Assembly: GCA_002633005.1 (NCBI GenBank)
Contig: NMRA01000607.1
Span: forward strand, 1-64,000
From: Phoronis australis
Lineage: Eukaryota; Animalia; Phoronida
Reading direction: 5' to 3'
Length of the DNA stretch: 64,000 bases
The notes under the pieces are model-generated. The model was not told the DNA's origin, did not search any database, and saw only the letters and a list, made by a program, of their open reading frames with translations. A program made the translations under genes and the position numbers. Numbering within the stretch: the stretch's first letter is position 1; every line of letters begins with the position of its first letter. Below are positions 12,722 to 24,500 of this stretch, piece by piece.

Positions 12722-15565
12722 AGATAATGATTGACCTAAAGATATGTACAGAGGAAATATGATCAAATAGTAACGGACAAAAGAAGGTTAAAAATAAGAG
12801 TTTGAAAACTCAAATTCGCTGAAGAAAACACAAAAAGATGTATTGAAGATTTCTCACTTTGGATAAATTAGCTGTAACACGTTTTAGACTTGATAAAAGG
12901 CTATGAGTTCTTACCACTATAGGCCACCCAGTAATGACTGAACAGCTCATGTGTTCGGTGGTGTCTTCTGAATTGAAGTAAACTTTCTCACAGATTGAAA
13001 CACCAGTTTTCACTGGGATTATTTCAACTTGATACTCATTATAAACTAAATTATGGTGACAGACAGTGCTCAACGTGATTTTTTCACGGGCAAGTTAAAA
13101 CAGTAATAACTAATTAATGATATGGGGAATCATTCTGAAACCCACAACAAAAATCACATGTAGTTGTAGATTCTGCACCTGACTGCCAGAGAACAGAACA
13201 AGTGCCTAGAAATTAAAATAAATATTATAGTGAGTGAGAGGTGTCAATAACATGACCGAACAGAAATGCCACACAAAATCAGTGACGTGTAAATTTATCC
13301 TGACAGACAATTTGGTATGGAGTTGTCCACAAAATCAACGTTCTGAGAAACACAAGTCAGAAAAAAAAAATTATATAAGTGACAGCCACTAAGGCCTGAG
13401 CTCACATATAAGAATCAATGTCTTATGTGAATATCATGCAATGTACAATTCCGTCACACATTCAATAAAAATGTGGGAAACATGTTTTAACGACAACCAA
13501 AAATACCACATTAATACATACTGTAGGCAGTTGCAAAGATACTATACTACATTTTGGTAATGGTGCAACTGGGAAACAGTAAGAGGCAATAAGCAATAAA
13601 ACCGAACATGAATGATTTAGATGCAGATTAAGAATTCGATGCATTACCATTGCCTGTGGTCAGTATAAGGTGTTGTCGACAGTGATTTCTCTGACGAATG
13701 CCAGCGTTCCAAAGAACTATCCATACGTTCCGTTGCCTGTGCATGTTCACGGCGCCTCTCAAGTATTTCTTGATCAGTGTATTACGGTTCGAACTGATAG
13801 CCTGTGAAACCCAACGATCCACCATTGAAGTCTTCGTCGCCGAGCTCTCATCTAACACGGGATTGCGAGTTGCCATGTTGAAGTTTATTATTCTGCGTTC
13901 TGTTTCAAAATGAATTATTCTCACCCTTACCAATGCTTATATCAAACTGAAACAAAGACTGTCTCATCATATACAATTTGTAATGCCTTTGGAGTATTCG
14001 TGAGTACAAATGTTTTGAGAAGCCAGCAATGAATAAACCACTGCGTTACCGGCTTTTTATAGATGCAATAAAGGTAATTGACCGGACATCGAGTGAAGCC
14101 GTGTGAGCACACGCTAATTCAGTGTGTGCTGATAGAAATCTGCTGTGAAACAATAACTCGATTTTGTATGCTATGGTCACTTGCTAGGGGTATCTTTATT
14201 TAGATATACAAATACATTATTCAAATCATAGTTACTGGCTGTACAACTTTTGCCCTGACGGTTCTGTGGAAGGGGAACCTGCCCTTAGCGGCCCGTGACA
14301 TTAAGTAGATTTTCAGTTTCGTGACTAATTCACCAAAATAATTACGTGCACGTTATTTGTGTGGGTCGCTATTATAGTCTTTTCGTGACTGGAAGTTTAG
14401 TTTCCAACTTAAGCTGGTTTAAGTTCGTGATGTCCAGTCCCGGCAACACAGTTATGTTCTCCTGTCTGTATTTCATAGAAGAATGATTCGATTTTTTTTC
14501 ACCAAACAGACCCACACTCCCACGATCCTCCCGACCTTCCCCCATTCGGTGCTATGCGCATCTACAATCGTGCTTTGCGCAAATGTTTACAGACAAAATT
14601 TTGGGCCCCCCTTGTGATATCCTAGATCCGCCACTGCCTTTATACCTAACTTTAATTTTATATACTTAGGACTCACATCAATTGCCTTTTAATGGCATTG
14701 GCTGCTGCTTGAAGTCGCCATTGTTTTGGTTACATCAAAGGCCAATGGAAACATTTTCCATATAAGGGGAATGACGATTTTAAATTCCACAAGAAGATTA
14801 ATTAAACATTGAATACATAAACTTAGGAATGCCTAGTTTTTGCTAACATAAAAGTGAGAAACTCCAAACTTAAAAACTGAGCCCTGTCACTGGACACGTT
14901 ACACTGTACGTTCTTATAATGAACCCGGCCTAGAGATTTAATATCAATGTGAGCGCCACGGCACGTTCCGCATCCATATCAGTTAGATATTCCAAGTTAC
15001 CTGCGCATTTTTGTTTAACAAATTGCATCATAGCCTATTAGAATACCTTAATTACTGGCATTTTTTGGGAAGTTTTTAATTACTACTTTAAAATATTTAG
15101 TAATATATGATTATATTTATAGATGAGGATCACCCGATACTATAATGCCATGCAAACATCGCCAGTCATCTACATAACCAGTCGACAAGGGCAGGAATAT
15201 ATTTGCAATATAAATTCAAATTATGTACATTTTACGTATATTTGCTCCGAGTAAATATACTGTGGTCTGTATTACTGACTATTGCGTAATACTATTCCCG
15301 TCTTCTGATTGGCTTATTGCTTGGCATTTATTCAGACAAAAGCGTTTGCCACAACTCGCGTGTGAGGCAACCAACTACAAGCCACTTAGGTGTTGTAGCG
15401 GCTCGCAGGACGATCGTCAATAATTATGTCCAATGAGCACGCATGTTTTTCGAAAAGCCTTCTGCTGAGAAACATGAGTTGTGTAGCTTGATGAAGTAAA
15501 TGTCATCGCAAAGAACACTTTTCACGAGTTGCTAGACGGCTGAAGTTGAAGGAAATACCGATTAA

Positions 15566-18500
15566 ATGAACTCAGGTGAGAGCTGGTTACTAACTTTCCA
15601 ATTATCTTCTTAGATTGAAACAGTGGTTATGTTCATCACAACCTTGTTAATTGCAACTAAGTGACCGCAGTGTAACCATAGCGACAGAGTTTGATAAGTT
15701 CACACAGGACAATGGCCAGTTGCAGAAAAAATATTTTATTTTTAATACGAGTAAAAGAGACTTTGTTAGGTTTTCCAGGAGAAATGTTTTGTATACGATA
15801 TTGATTAATGTTTTGTATACGATATTGTTTAATGTTTTGTATACGATATTGTTTAATGTTTTGTATACGATATTGTTTAATGTTTGTATACGATATTGTT
15901 TAATGTTTTGCATACGATATTGTTTAATGTTTTGTATACGATATTGTTTAATGTTTTGTATACGATATTGTTTAATGTTTTGTATACGATATTGTTTAAT
16001 GTTTTGTATACGATATTGTTTAATTAAACATTTACAAGTATGGGGAAATGGATACCGAAACTAGTTCTGACAATGTACGGGTTAATATCGTGCTTAATTG
16101 CTACGTTTTAATGTTTAGTGCGTAATGCAGCCGGTGTTTAGAGAAGTACCTACAATACTTAATGTATGTGTATATGTTTTGTTAACGCGCAAAAAAATCA
16201 ATTGCGTAATGTACTACTATTTATCATGTATTGGTCTCACGTGACCTTTTAAAGAAAACTTTAGCAAAGAAACGTATTTGAATAATTGCAGGTTTCGCTT
16301 GAATTTGACCATACACTTCTGAGATAAATGGTGTACTGAACCTTTTAACACCTATAAACCAGGTACATAGTTGTTTGTAAGATCACCTGTTCCCACTATA
16401 AAAAGGGTACCGGTATGTCGTGCTCAGCAAATATATCTCAGAATTGACCGCGAGGAAGCAGCCACAACGCAGCAGATGAAAACGGCAATTTACGAGTTGT
16501 TTTCTCACAAAGCGGTGTCGGAGTTTAGACAGGTCATCTCGTTACAAAATTAACAATATGATGTGTACTAGCACAATTTTGTGTTTTTCCCTGAACTTCA
16601 TTTTAATATTTTTGAGGAATATGTCACTGCTACTGTGTGTTGGTACCAGAACGAGGGCTATGTATGGGCGTACCCGGGGGTGGGGGGCGGGGCTCGGGGG
16701 ATCAAATGAGCCTCCCAATTTGGCGAATTGGGCAAAATGGTCCGCCTCAGCGAAACAAAAAGTCCGAGTAAACGAGACAAAAGTCCACAAAGCCCACAGG
16801 AATTCTGCGCGGACCTAGTGGCCCCGTTTTTTTAGTCCTCATTGATTTTTGTCAGTAAAAGGTAGGCATATCGAAAAATTCGAGCCCCTATACTTTAGGC
16901 TGGGTGCGCGCATGCTATGGTATTGTGAACCAAAAGCCGAATGAATTACAGACGATTGAAACATTTGAACAGATCACGGACCACCGAAGCACGTGTACCT
17001 AGACATTACACTGAACCAATAGTGAGATTCGCGATTATACAGTCCGGTTTCTGGTAAAAATGTATAGCTCTTGGGACCCGGATCTGAACTTAAAATTCCA
17101 ACTTTCAACTGTGGCGCCTAAATTGCGACACAAAAACATTGTTGAAATAGAATTTAAAGAGACACATTCGGTTTTAAGGTCGAATTTCTTGCAATCGCTT
17201 TTGGATGGGATAGTCTTTTTGAATTTAGTAGCTTTGAACAGAGCTATACAACAAAATTTACTAAACAGATTCCATGATCGTCCTGCCCCAGTCGGTCGAG
17301 GCAGCAATAATACATGTATATTTGTTGATTTCCAGGCCAAATTTATACGCCGCGCAGCAGGGACCGTGAAGACCAGCAGGGTGACGATGGAGCAGCGACA
17401 ACAGCGAGCAAGACACCATTGGAGGTAAAGTATTAGAAAAATAACACCCGACGTTCTTCTACAGCGTCAGCTTAAATTCACAACGTATTACTACCCACCA
17501 TTTCCTTTCCCCCGAGGATCATATTTCTCAAAATGTCGTCAAATACTAAATTCGCACACTTGCATTTTAAAATCTTTGGTGAATAAAAAGTCACTTGGCG
17601 TTATCAGTCACAAAAATCATGTCTTGGGTTTTCTTTTTAAGGTCTCTAGGTAGAGAACACGGCTTTCAAAATTGAAACCATTAATATTCCAAGAAAAAAA
17701 TCAGCAGTTTTCATTTCCAGAAGCTAAAATCTCAGGCTTAGAGATTTTATAAGAAAGTCCTGTACTCGCACTACAGTAAACAGAATAGATGAACAGAATG
17801 TGCAAGCTTCCTTGTGAAAATTTCCCCGTCTGGAGAAGATACGGTGTTCTCGGTATAAAAATCAGTTTTTAGAAAAATTCTATCACGTGACTACGTTCGA
17901 GTATTATTTTTGTGAACATAAATGTTTCTGTGTTCATAAAGGAATATAAAAGTACATCGCTTCTTAGGTTTAAACTTAGTATATTCAAAAGTATATGAAG
18001 AAATGTAATTTTTAATGACGACAGGAGTCAGCCAGCTTGTGGATGTGTGCATTACCGAGTTAATCGCACACAGCCAGGCGGCGCACATGTATCTACAATT
18101 TCCAATACCTGGAAAGCACACGTATCCGTCCTGAGAGTTTGTCGAAAGTGCTGGACTAAAGTTTATTCCGATAGGTAAACGTTTAGCAAACTCATTAGAA
18201 GGATTCCAGACACTGATTGTAATTGAAAACAAGCTCACAAAACGTTTTACGGGGTTTGAATGACTTCTTTTTAAAACAGCTTTACGGAAAATAATTAGTT
18301 ATTGTACAGGGAATGATAAATCCCAAAAATGTACTTTAAACTTCTCAAACCTGATTAACAATACCAAGCCCCTCTTATATTTGAGCTTTAAACCTCTCCG
18401 AGCATGAAGGCAACGGAAAAATCTCACCATTTTCGGACAGAAAGAAATGGCGAAATTGATCTTTTTCATTTTTCAAAAACATTTAATGTTTTTCAAAAAA

Positions 18501-21500
18501 CGTTAATTTCTTTAGAAACTGTGGCGAATAATTAAGTACTTCTCTACTGCTCTTCAACTTTTATGAAAAAGTTCAATTTCACTACAAAGTGTCTGAAGCT
18601 GGATTCACACGAGAATAAATTTAAAACTACGTGAGCACCATTTCCTTTCCATTTTCAGTGAAAACACTGCAGTGTGCCTGTGTATGCTGTAATGACCCAG
18701 CCAAAGCGCTGTGCTACGTAACGCGTTCTAAATTCTAAATGTTTTAATACTGAATGTAGTTTACTTTAACCATACGGATTTTTTTACGACTAAAACGATT
18801 TTAATTGCTCGAGTGAATACACCTTTAAATTTTTAAGATTTTACCGTAATTTGTATTTTTAGACGTTGCAGATCACTTTCCTAGTTTATGATTGAAATTT
18901 GTTCATTGTGTGTCTATGTTCATAAAACTTAGTTTATTGTATGCAGTGACACAGTAACGGTTGTGCGTGTACTTGGTGCCACAATGCAGTTCTCGTGTAT
19001 ATTAGTATTGTGAATGTCACGTACTATATACGGCAGACTCTTAGTAAAGTGGCGTTTGCATTGAGACCTCATCATGTCCACCCATCTCCTCTTCTGAAGG
19101 TACCTGCAGCGGCGGCCGCTAAATGAATATTACCGTCGTAAAATAATAACCCTCAATGCATAATTAATAAGTTTCTAACGGAAATTAGGTAACACGTGTG
19201 CGAAAATAAACATCCAATAAATGTCATATCGTTGACCTATCAAAGCCTAAAGTCGGAATGTGTTCCAAATACACACGTCTTGGGAGTACCATTGGGGTAA
19301 TGTTAGAAGAAAATGTAAAATTTCACTGCATACACATGTAGAAGCATGTAATCTGCTTAACTTGTGCAAAATTTCACTCTCGAAAGAAATTGCTGATCAA
19401 CGTAACTCTTGTACAGATAGGAATGACACAAACGTTCTGAGCGAAGCTCTGAAGTGGCTGCATGTATGTGTAAGACAGTCGAGACCTCAGTTTTGTGCGG
19501 GGTCGGCCCTAACACTTGGACAATTTCTTCCAAATAACGAAATAAGCTGATGAACTGTGACAAATTGATCTTACATAATTGCCATGGTATCAGTTTGGTT
19601 TCTACTATCAGATGACAGACGGCGAGTGGCTCATACATGTATCAATGTATGAAATAATCAAATTGTAGTTCATGTCAACACTGTCAAAAGTATGGTCTTT
19701 TAGAGACTTGTAATCACTTGGCAATTCCTGAATTATCTATACGCAAATGAGTATGATCTGTACCATGATATGGAATGGTTTGATATAATATTTTGTATGG
19801 TCGAGTAAAGTAGTTCATTCCTTGTATGTTAAGAAGTGAGGGAGGCAGAAATATCCCTTTATGTCTATTTGAATCTACTAAGTTCATAAACTATATCGAA
19901 AACAGTTCGAAGCCATAAACCAGCGGAGAAAGAATCGCTTCTATCTTTTTGACGGCAAAGGAAGAGGACATGATAGTACACTCTGTTCGTCATTAAAACT
20001 TTAATAAGCTCATAACTAATTATTTTGTCGGGTGTTTTAATACGGACCCTTGAACAATTGTCTGACAATATTTCTCTCCCGTTAGAAGCTCGGTTTTAAG
20101 TGCCCACCTTCAGAATCTTTCCGCGTCAAATTTCTATTTTCAATTGGACCAATGAGTTGTCCTCATTCTGCTTCGCTAATAGTGAAGTTCGTTTCCATTC
20201 AACCGTTGTCATCAGTAGTGACAGCGAATTCCGGATAATTTAGTTTGATCATACCAGCGTGTACTGAGCATTGAGGCTTGCAGTTTTCTTTTTGTAATTT
20301 TCATAATTTAAAATAAAATGAAATAAACTGGAATCTCAGCGTGCTATTGCTTCTCGCATTCATCTTTGAAGTTGGATTACGTAACTACATGTATCTACAT
20401 TCTATATTGCATAATATGGCGTTGTGCAAGGTACGTGCAGTGTATGCCATCAAAAACTACCCCTGTAAGTTCTAGCACAATTCAGACAACTGTTAGCATA
20501 TCATTCCCCTTGTTTTCTCCTCAGAAGTGGTCAATAGGTGACGACTCTCATGCGAAGAAGGCTTCCAAGACTTCAATGAAAGAACAATGCAAAGCTGATA
20601 AGACGCAGAAAAACGTATGGTATATCTTCATTACCTTCAGTTTTGCAAATTCAGACATTTAAAACACCCTGTGTATTGGAATTTATGTTCACTCTTCGCC
20701 CTGTGAGGCATTTATGTCGTGTGTGAGTTATATAACAAGAATTAATTCCCAGATAGTTGTAAAACCATCATTCGAAAACGACTTAATGGTATCATGGTGT
20801 GTTATAAGTCGGCCGTATTTCACAGACGAATCTTCACGAAGATTTCCCATGAGTTTTCCATCTCTTAAAAGAAATTCAAATTCACAAGAAACAGACTCGT
20901 TTTGAACACCTGAGTAGCTACTGAAGAATGAACAAAGACACAAGAATATTCTGTCAACGTTTGGATCTGTTCTCAATACAACAGTTGACAGTGTAGCAAT
21001 ACATAACGTACGCAGAACTCCACATTTTATCCTCACGCGGTTTACCCTCTCTTTCAGTTTAAATGAGATCTTTGTAACGTCACACGAAGTTGTAATAGCT
21101 ACGCAAGGGATGCTCAAGGGGATTCTGCCTTGTTTACAGATATTTACTACGACTTTGTCACTTAAAAAATTTAAGTTAAATAATTTGTTACTGCCGTCAA
21201 CACTCAAAAGTTTGGAACATTTACGACAGTCTCCAAAAAGTCTATCAAATCTCTCAGTGTGACTAACGTTATGGTTGTCTGAGTTACACGACGACTGTGG
21301 GGAACAGACGACCCACCAATAACTACGTGGTCCATTACGCAGGTTTGGAAGCGTCTTATCGACCTGTGGTGCATCAGTAGGTGACAGAACCAAATGTAAT
21401 TTCCATAGACGCGAGAACTTCGCAAAAAGCAAAATTACGTACGGTTGATATTACGTACCCGACCCCCATGTAACAAAAGCGAAACACGAGATCAAGCGAG

Positions 21501-24500
21501 ATTCATTTGTGTGATTCTTGCGTCTGCAGTACTTACCGTAGCTTTGAGTGACATCCTCAAAACAGAGTTTGGTGAGATAACTGGAATTTCACATTTTCAG
21601 GCGGCAGATGTCAAACATAAACAAAAGTTGAAAGAGGCGCAAAGTATTATAATTGAAGAGGACAACAGTCTTCCCACGGCTCGGCGTGTGAGTACAAAGA
21701 ACAATAGTCAAATTGGCGTTATTCGATAAATATGTCTTACAACAATTAACAGTAAATGTTTACTTCTTTCATATAATCTTTTAATTAAAGCTCATTTAAT
21801 AAAAGAAGTCGGCAACGTTAAGTCTGGCTCTGAAAGAACATCACATCTTACTTTACTGCGGTTTCTGGAAAATTACCGCACGAACAATTCAAGAGATACA
21901 GGAAGCCCGTAAACCGGCGAAGTTTCTCGTTCCACCTATACGTGTTCCACCTATACGCGTTCCACCTATACGCGTTCCACCTGTACGCGTTCCACCTATA
22001 CGCGTTCCATGTTTTGTTATGCTATTGAGGTATAGCATTTAACTTCAATTTACATTCAAATTCAATCTTTTCCGATGAATACACAAGACATATTTGATGA
22101 CATGGGATTTCACTAGTTTGAGCGAGATGTACATGTACACGGACTGAAAATCCTTGAGGCACTTAAAACTAAACTGGAATCTTCATCAATTAATTCCCAT
22201 GACGCTGGACTCCATAAAGTTGTACAAGAAAATATTTCCAGCAAAGAAGTCTCTTGTAACTGTCTCGCGACGAAAAAAATCTGGCCAAAATCACGTGCTC
22301 TCATCGTAAACACATCAACACCCGCAGTCTTGCGAGATTTTTCTTTTCTAGCGAGACACTAGCGTTTTTGAAATCGATGCAGGTTGCACTGACTTTTAAC
22401 CAAGTTTGTTGCATGGTGTTGGCTTATATTTTTTGTCTTTTGACATATTATTTAGGAGGCAAGAGTTTGAATTTTATTTTCACCTGATAGTGTTCTGGAA
22501 TGTTCGTCCCTTTTACAACTGCATTGTTTGTAGCTCTTCATGACCTGCTCGATGTTGTGTGGCAGACGACAGCTGTATACTTGTAGGTTATTGAACAGAG
22601 CTATGTTTTTGGAATTGTTTAGTAATTTCTCGGTAAAGAAAGGTTATGTTAGGCTTGCAGGACTTCCCCAGATTTTTCTAGTCTCACCTTCACACGATCC
22701 GTTGCGTAGGGAGCTTTTGATCGTATTTTTAAAATAGAATGATTTTCTTAAAAGTGGAGAGACAGGTGGCCAGCCGGGTGTCGAAGCTCGCAGACAAATC
22801 TCGTGTAGCTCCCAGAGATAGTCAAGACGACGGGTACAGAAGCTGGTTAGCATCAAATCAACACTTCACTATGTCTGGAGCAGAATGATTCGTGACAGAC
22901 ACTCTGAAAGATTTGTTCTTTCATCCTTCCTCAGACTGCCGCAATCATCGATCGTGGCTGTAGGGAGTGGATCCTATTACCTCATGCTGAAAGACATCGA
23001 CAAAACGCAACTGAACACTGTCTGAGAGCCATAGCTAGCCTTCTCCTAAGTTGATGGGGACAGGTTTTCTGAGTAACTCCATTGTTTTGACATTTTTTCA
23101 AGTGCTCAGTAACATTGACTACTTCGCGAAACTAAAAATCTGATAACTCTGCACACCATGAACAAATTACAGTAATAAATATTGTAACGTTTGTCATTAG
23201 GTCGGCAACTAGACTAAGACGTTGTCTGCTAGCCATTGTAATCTTGTCAAAATGGTCCTCGTCAAACTTGACCAACCGAACAACGTCCTCTGGAAAAGAT
23301 TTTTTTCTGTGACCAACGCGAACCTTTCAGGTCAAGATTCGTGAAGCTGAGTCGCTCCGAGGCGAGCGCGTCAGGGTCAGTGGCTGGACTCATCGCCTGA
23401 GACGTCAGAGGAAGACACTCATGTTTGTTATTCTTCGCGACGGCACAGGTTATCTACAGTGTGTGATCGCTGACAAATTGGTAAATATGCTTAGTACTGG
23501 CAATCAATCAAAAATTTGAACGCGTACTTTCAAAACTTATTTGGAGGTTTAAAGTGTGGTTTTTGAGGCTGTTGTCAACTTAGAATAAATGTAAATCGAA
23601 TTATTGAGTGAATTAATTTGTATCAAGTTAGTGAAAATGTTGCATTTAAGTTAAATTTTATTATTGCTAGAGCGTATAAACGAGGAAAATGGGACTGAAA
23701 TGTCGAAAATTTGACAGGTACATGTTAGTATGCATTACAGGCCTTACAATTTACTGTATCAACGCATTCTTCCGATACCGTGCACTTTTATGTGTGCCGC
23801 GGTTCCTTTTTCCACTCAAGAGATGTCCGGTAGACATTTCTGCGTAATTGTACTGCAGTACATGTTTACATGTTTCTTTCAGTGTCAAACTTACAACGCC
23901 CTCGTCCTCGCCAGAGAGTCGTCCATTTGTGTCTACGGAACTGTTCAACAAGTTCCAAAGGGAAACTCGGTAGGTTGGAGTTACATATAGTCTGAATTAC
24001 CAGATCAGAACAGAAAAGATCAATCGAAAGATAAAAAAAAACGATACACATTGCACCAGACGTGCGCAGGCCTCGCATGTGGGCCCACTGCACTGATCAC
24101 CTGGAACTATTTTTATGCTTTATTAACATATGGTTAAAACCGAGCTGAGAAGCTAGAAACCTGGCTCAAGGGTTTAGCAGTGTGACCTGGTGGGACTCGA
24201 ACCCACGATCTCAAGTAAAGAAAGCGGACACTTATCAACCAGGCCACTCTGCCTCCTCGCAATCGAAAGATACTACACAGACAGAATTTTTGCCCACGAA
24301 GTTCTAGCTAGTACATGTGTCTTTATTTGTTTTGCTGTTAGCCCCTCGTCAGTTCCTAAATTCGGGATTTTTGAATTGCCTCGACTGCTTTGTGGTAATA
24401 AACTTAAAACTTAAAAATAAATTCTGGTCTTTAAACAGGTTATATTTAAAGGAGCATGCCACCCTAAAAACAACCTAATTTGTATCAATTTAGATCGAGT

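Larger units (their letters stand above)
8778..13674 (-). mobile_element. Apparently full-length single-ORF CR1-group LINE with poly(A) tail and 9-bp TSD
   Basis: GTCGACAGT flanks both ends (8769-8777 and 13675-13683), and the uninterrupted sister element has it once. A poly(T) run starts at 8777 and AATAAA lies on the minus strand near 8805. Confidence 0.9.
8407..14520 (+). mobile_element. Kolobok-like non-autonomous element with a decayed THAP domain, interrupted by a LINE; far TIR missing
   Basis: Begins TTAA|AGGAGAATTCTACCC. From 8571 it reads MPLYCGASVPACPN...ISFFRLP*...RK*L...LRVCGRHFVDS(DF), a THAP C2CH pattern with stops. Segments 8407-8777 and 13675-14520 together match the reverse complement of much of 24450-26070. 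Confidence 0.75.
8201..14775. mobile_element. Outer TTAA-flanked repeat (Kolobok-like), split by nested insertions; related copy starts at 53066
   Basis: Begins TTAA|AGAGGCATAGAACACGAAAGCTCG. 8201-8404 aligns with 53066-53270, and similarity appears to resume at ~14700-14775 (gctgcttgaagtcg...cattttccat.taaggg) against ~53300-53350. Confidence 0.5.

Noticed and set aside
15783-16023. CRISPR-like array or repeat-protein ORFs (15647-15913, 15651-16064)
   Set aside because: Units are contiguous with no unique spacers, there are no cas genes and the context is eukaryotic. The ORFs are minisatellite read-through.
18111-18149. In-frame TGA in the putative exon-3 relic as selenocysteine or readthrough
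   Set aside because: There is no good acceptor or SECIS evidence; simple decay or chance similarity is more parsimonious.
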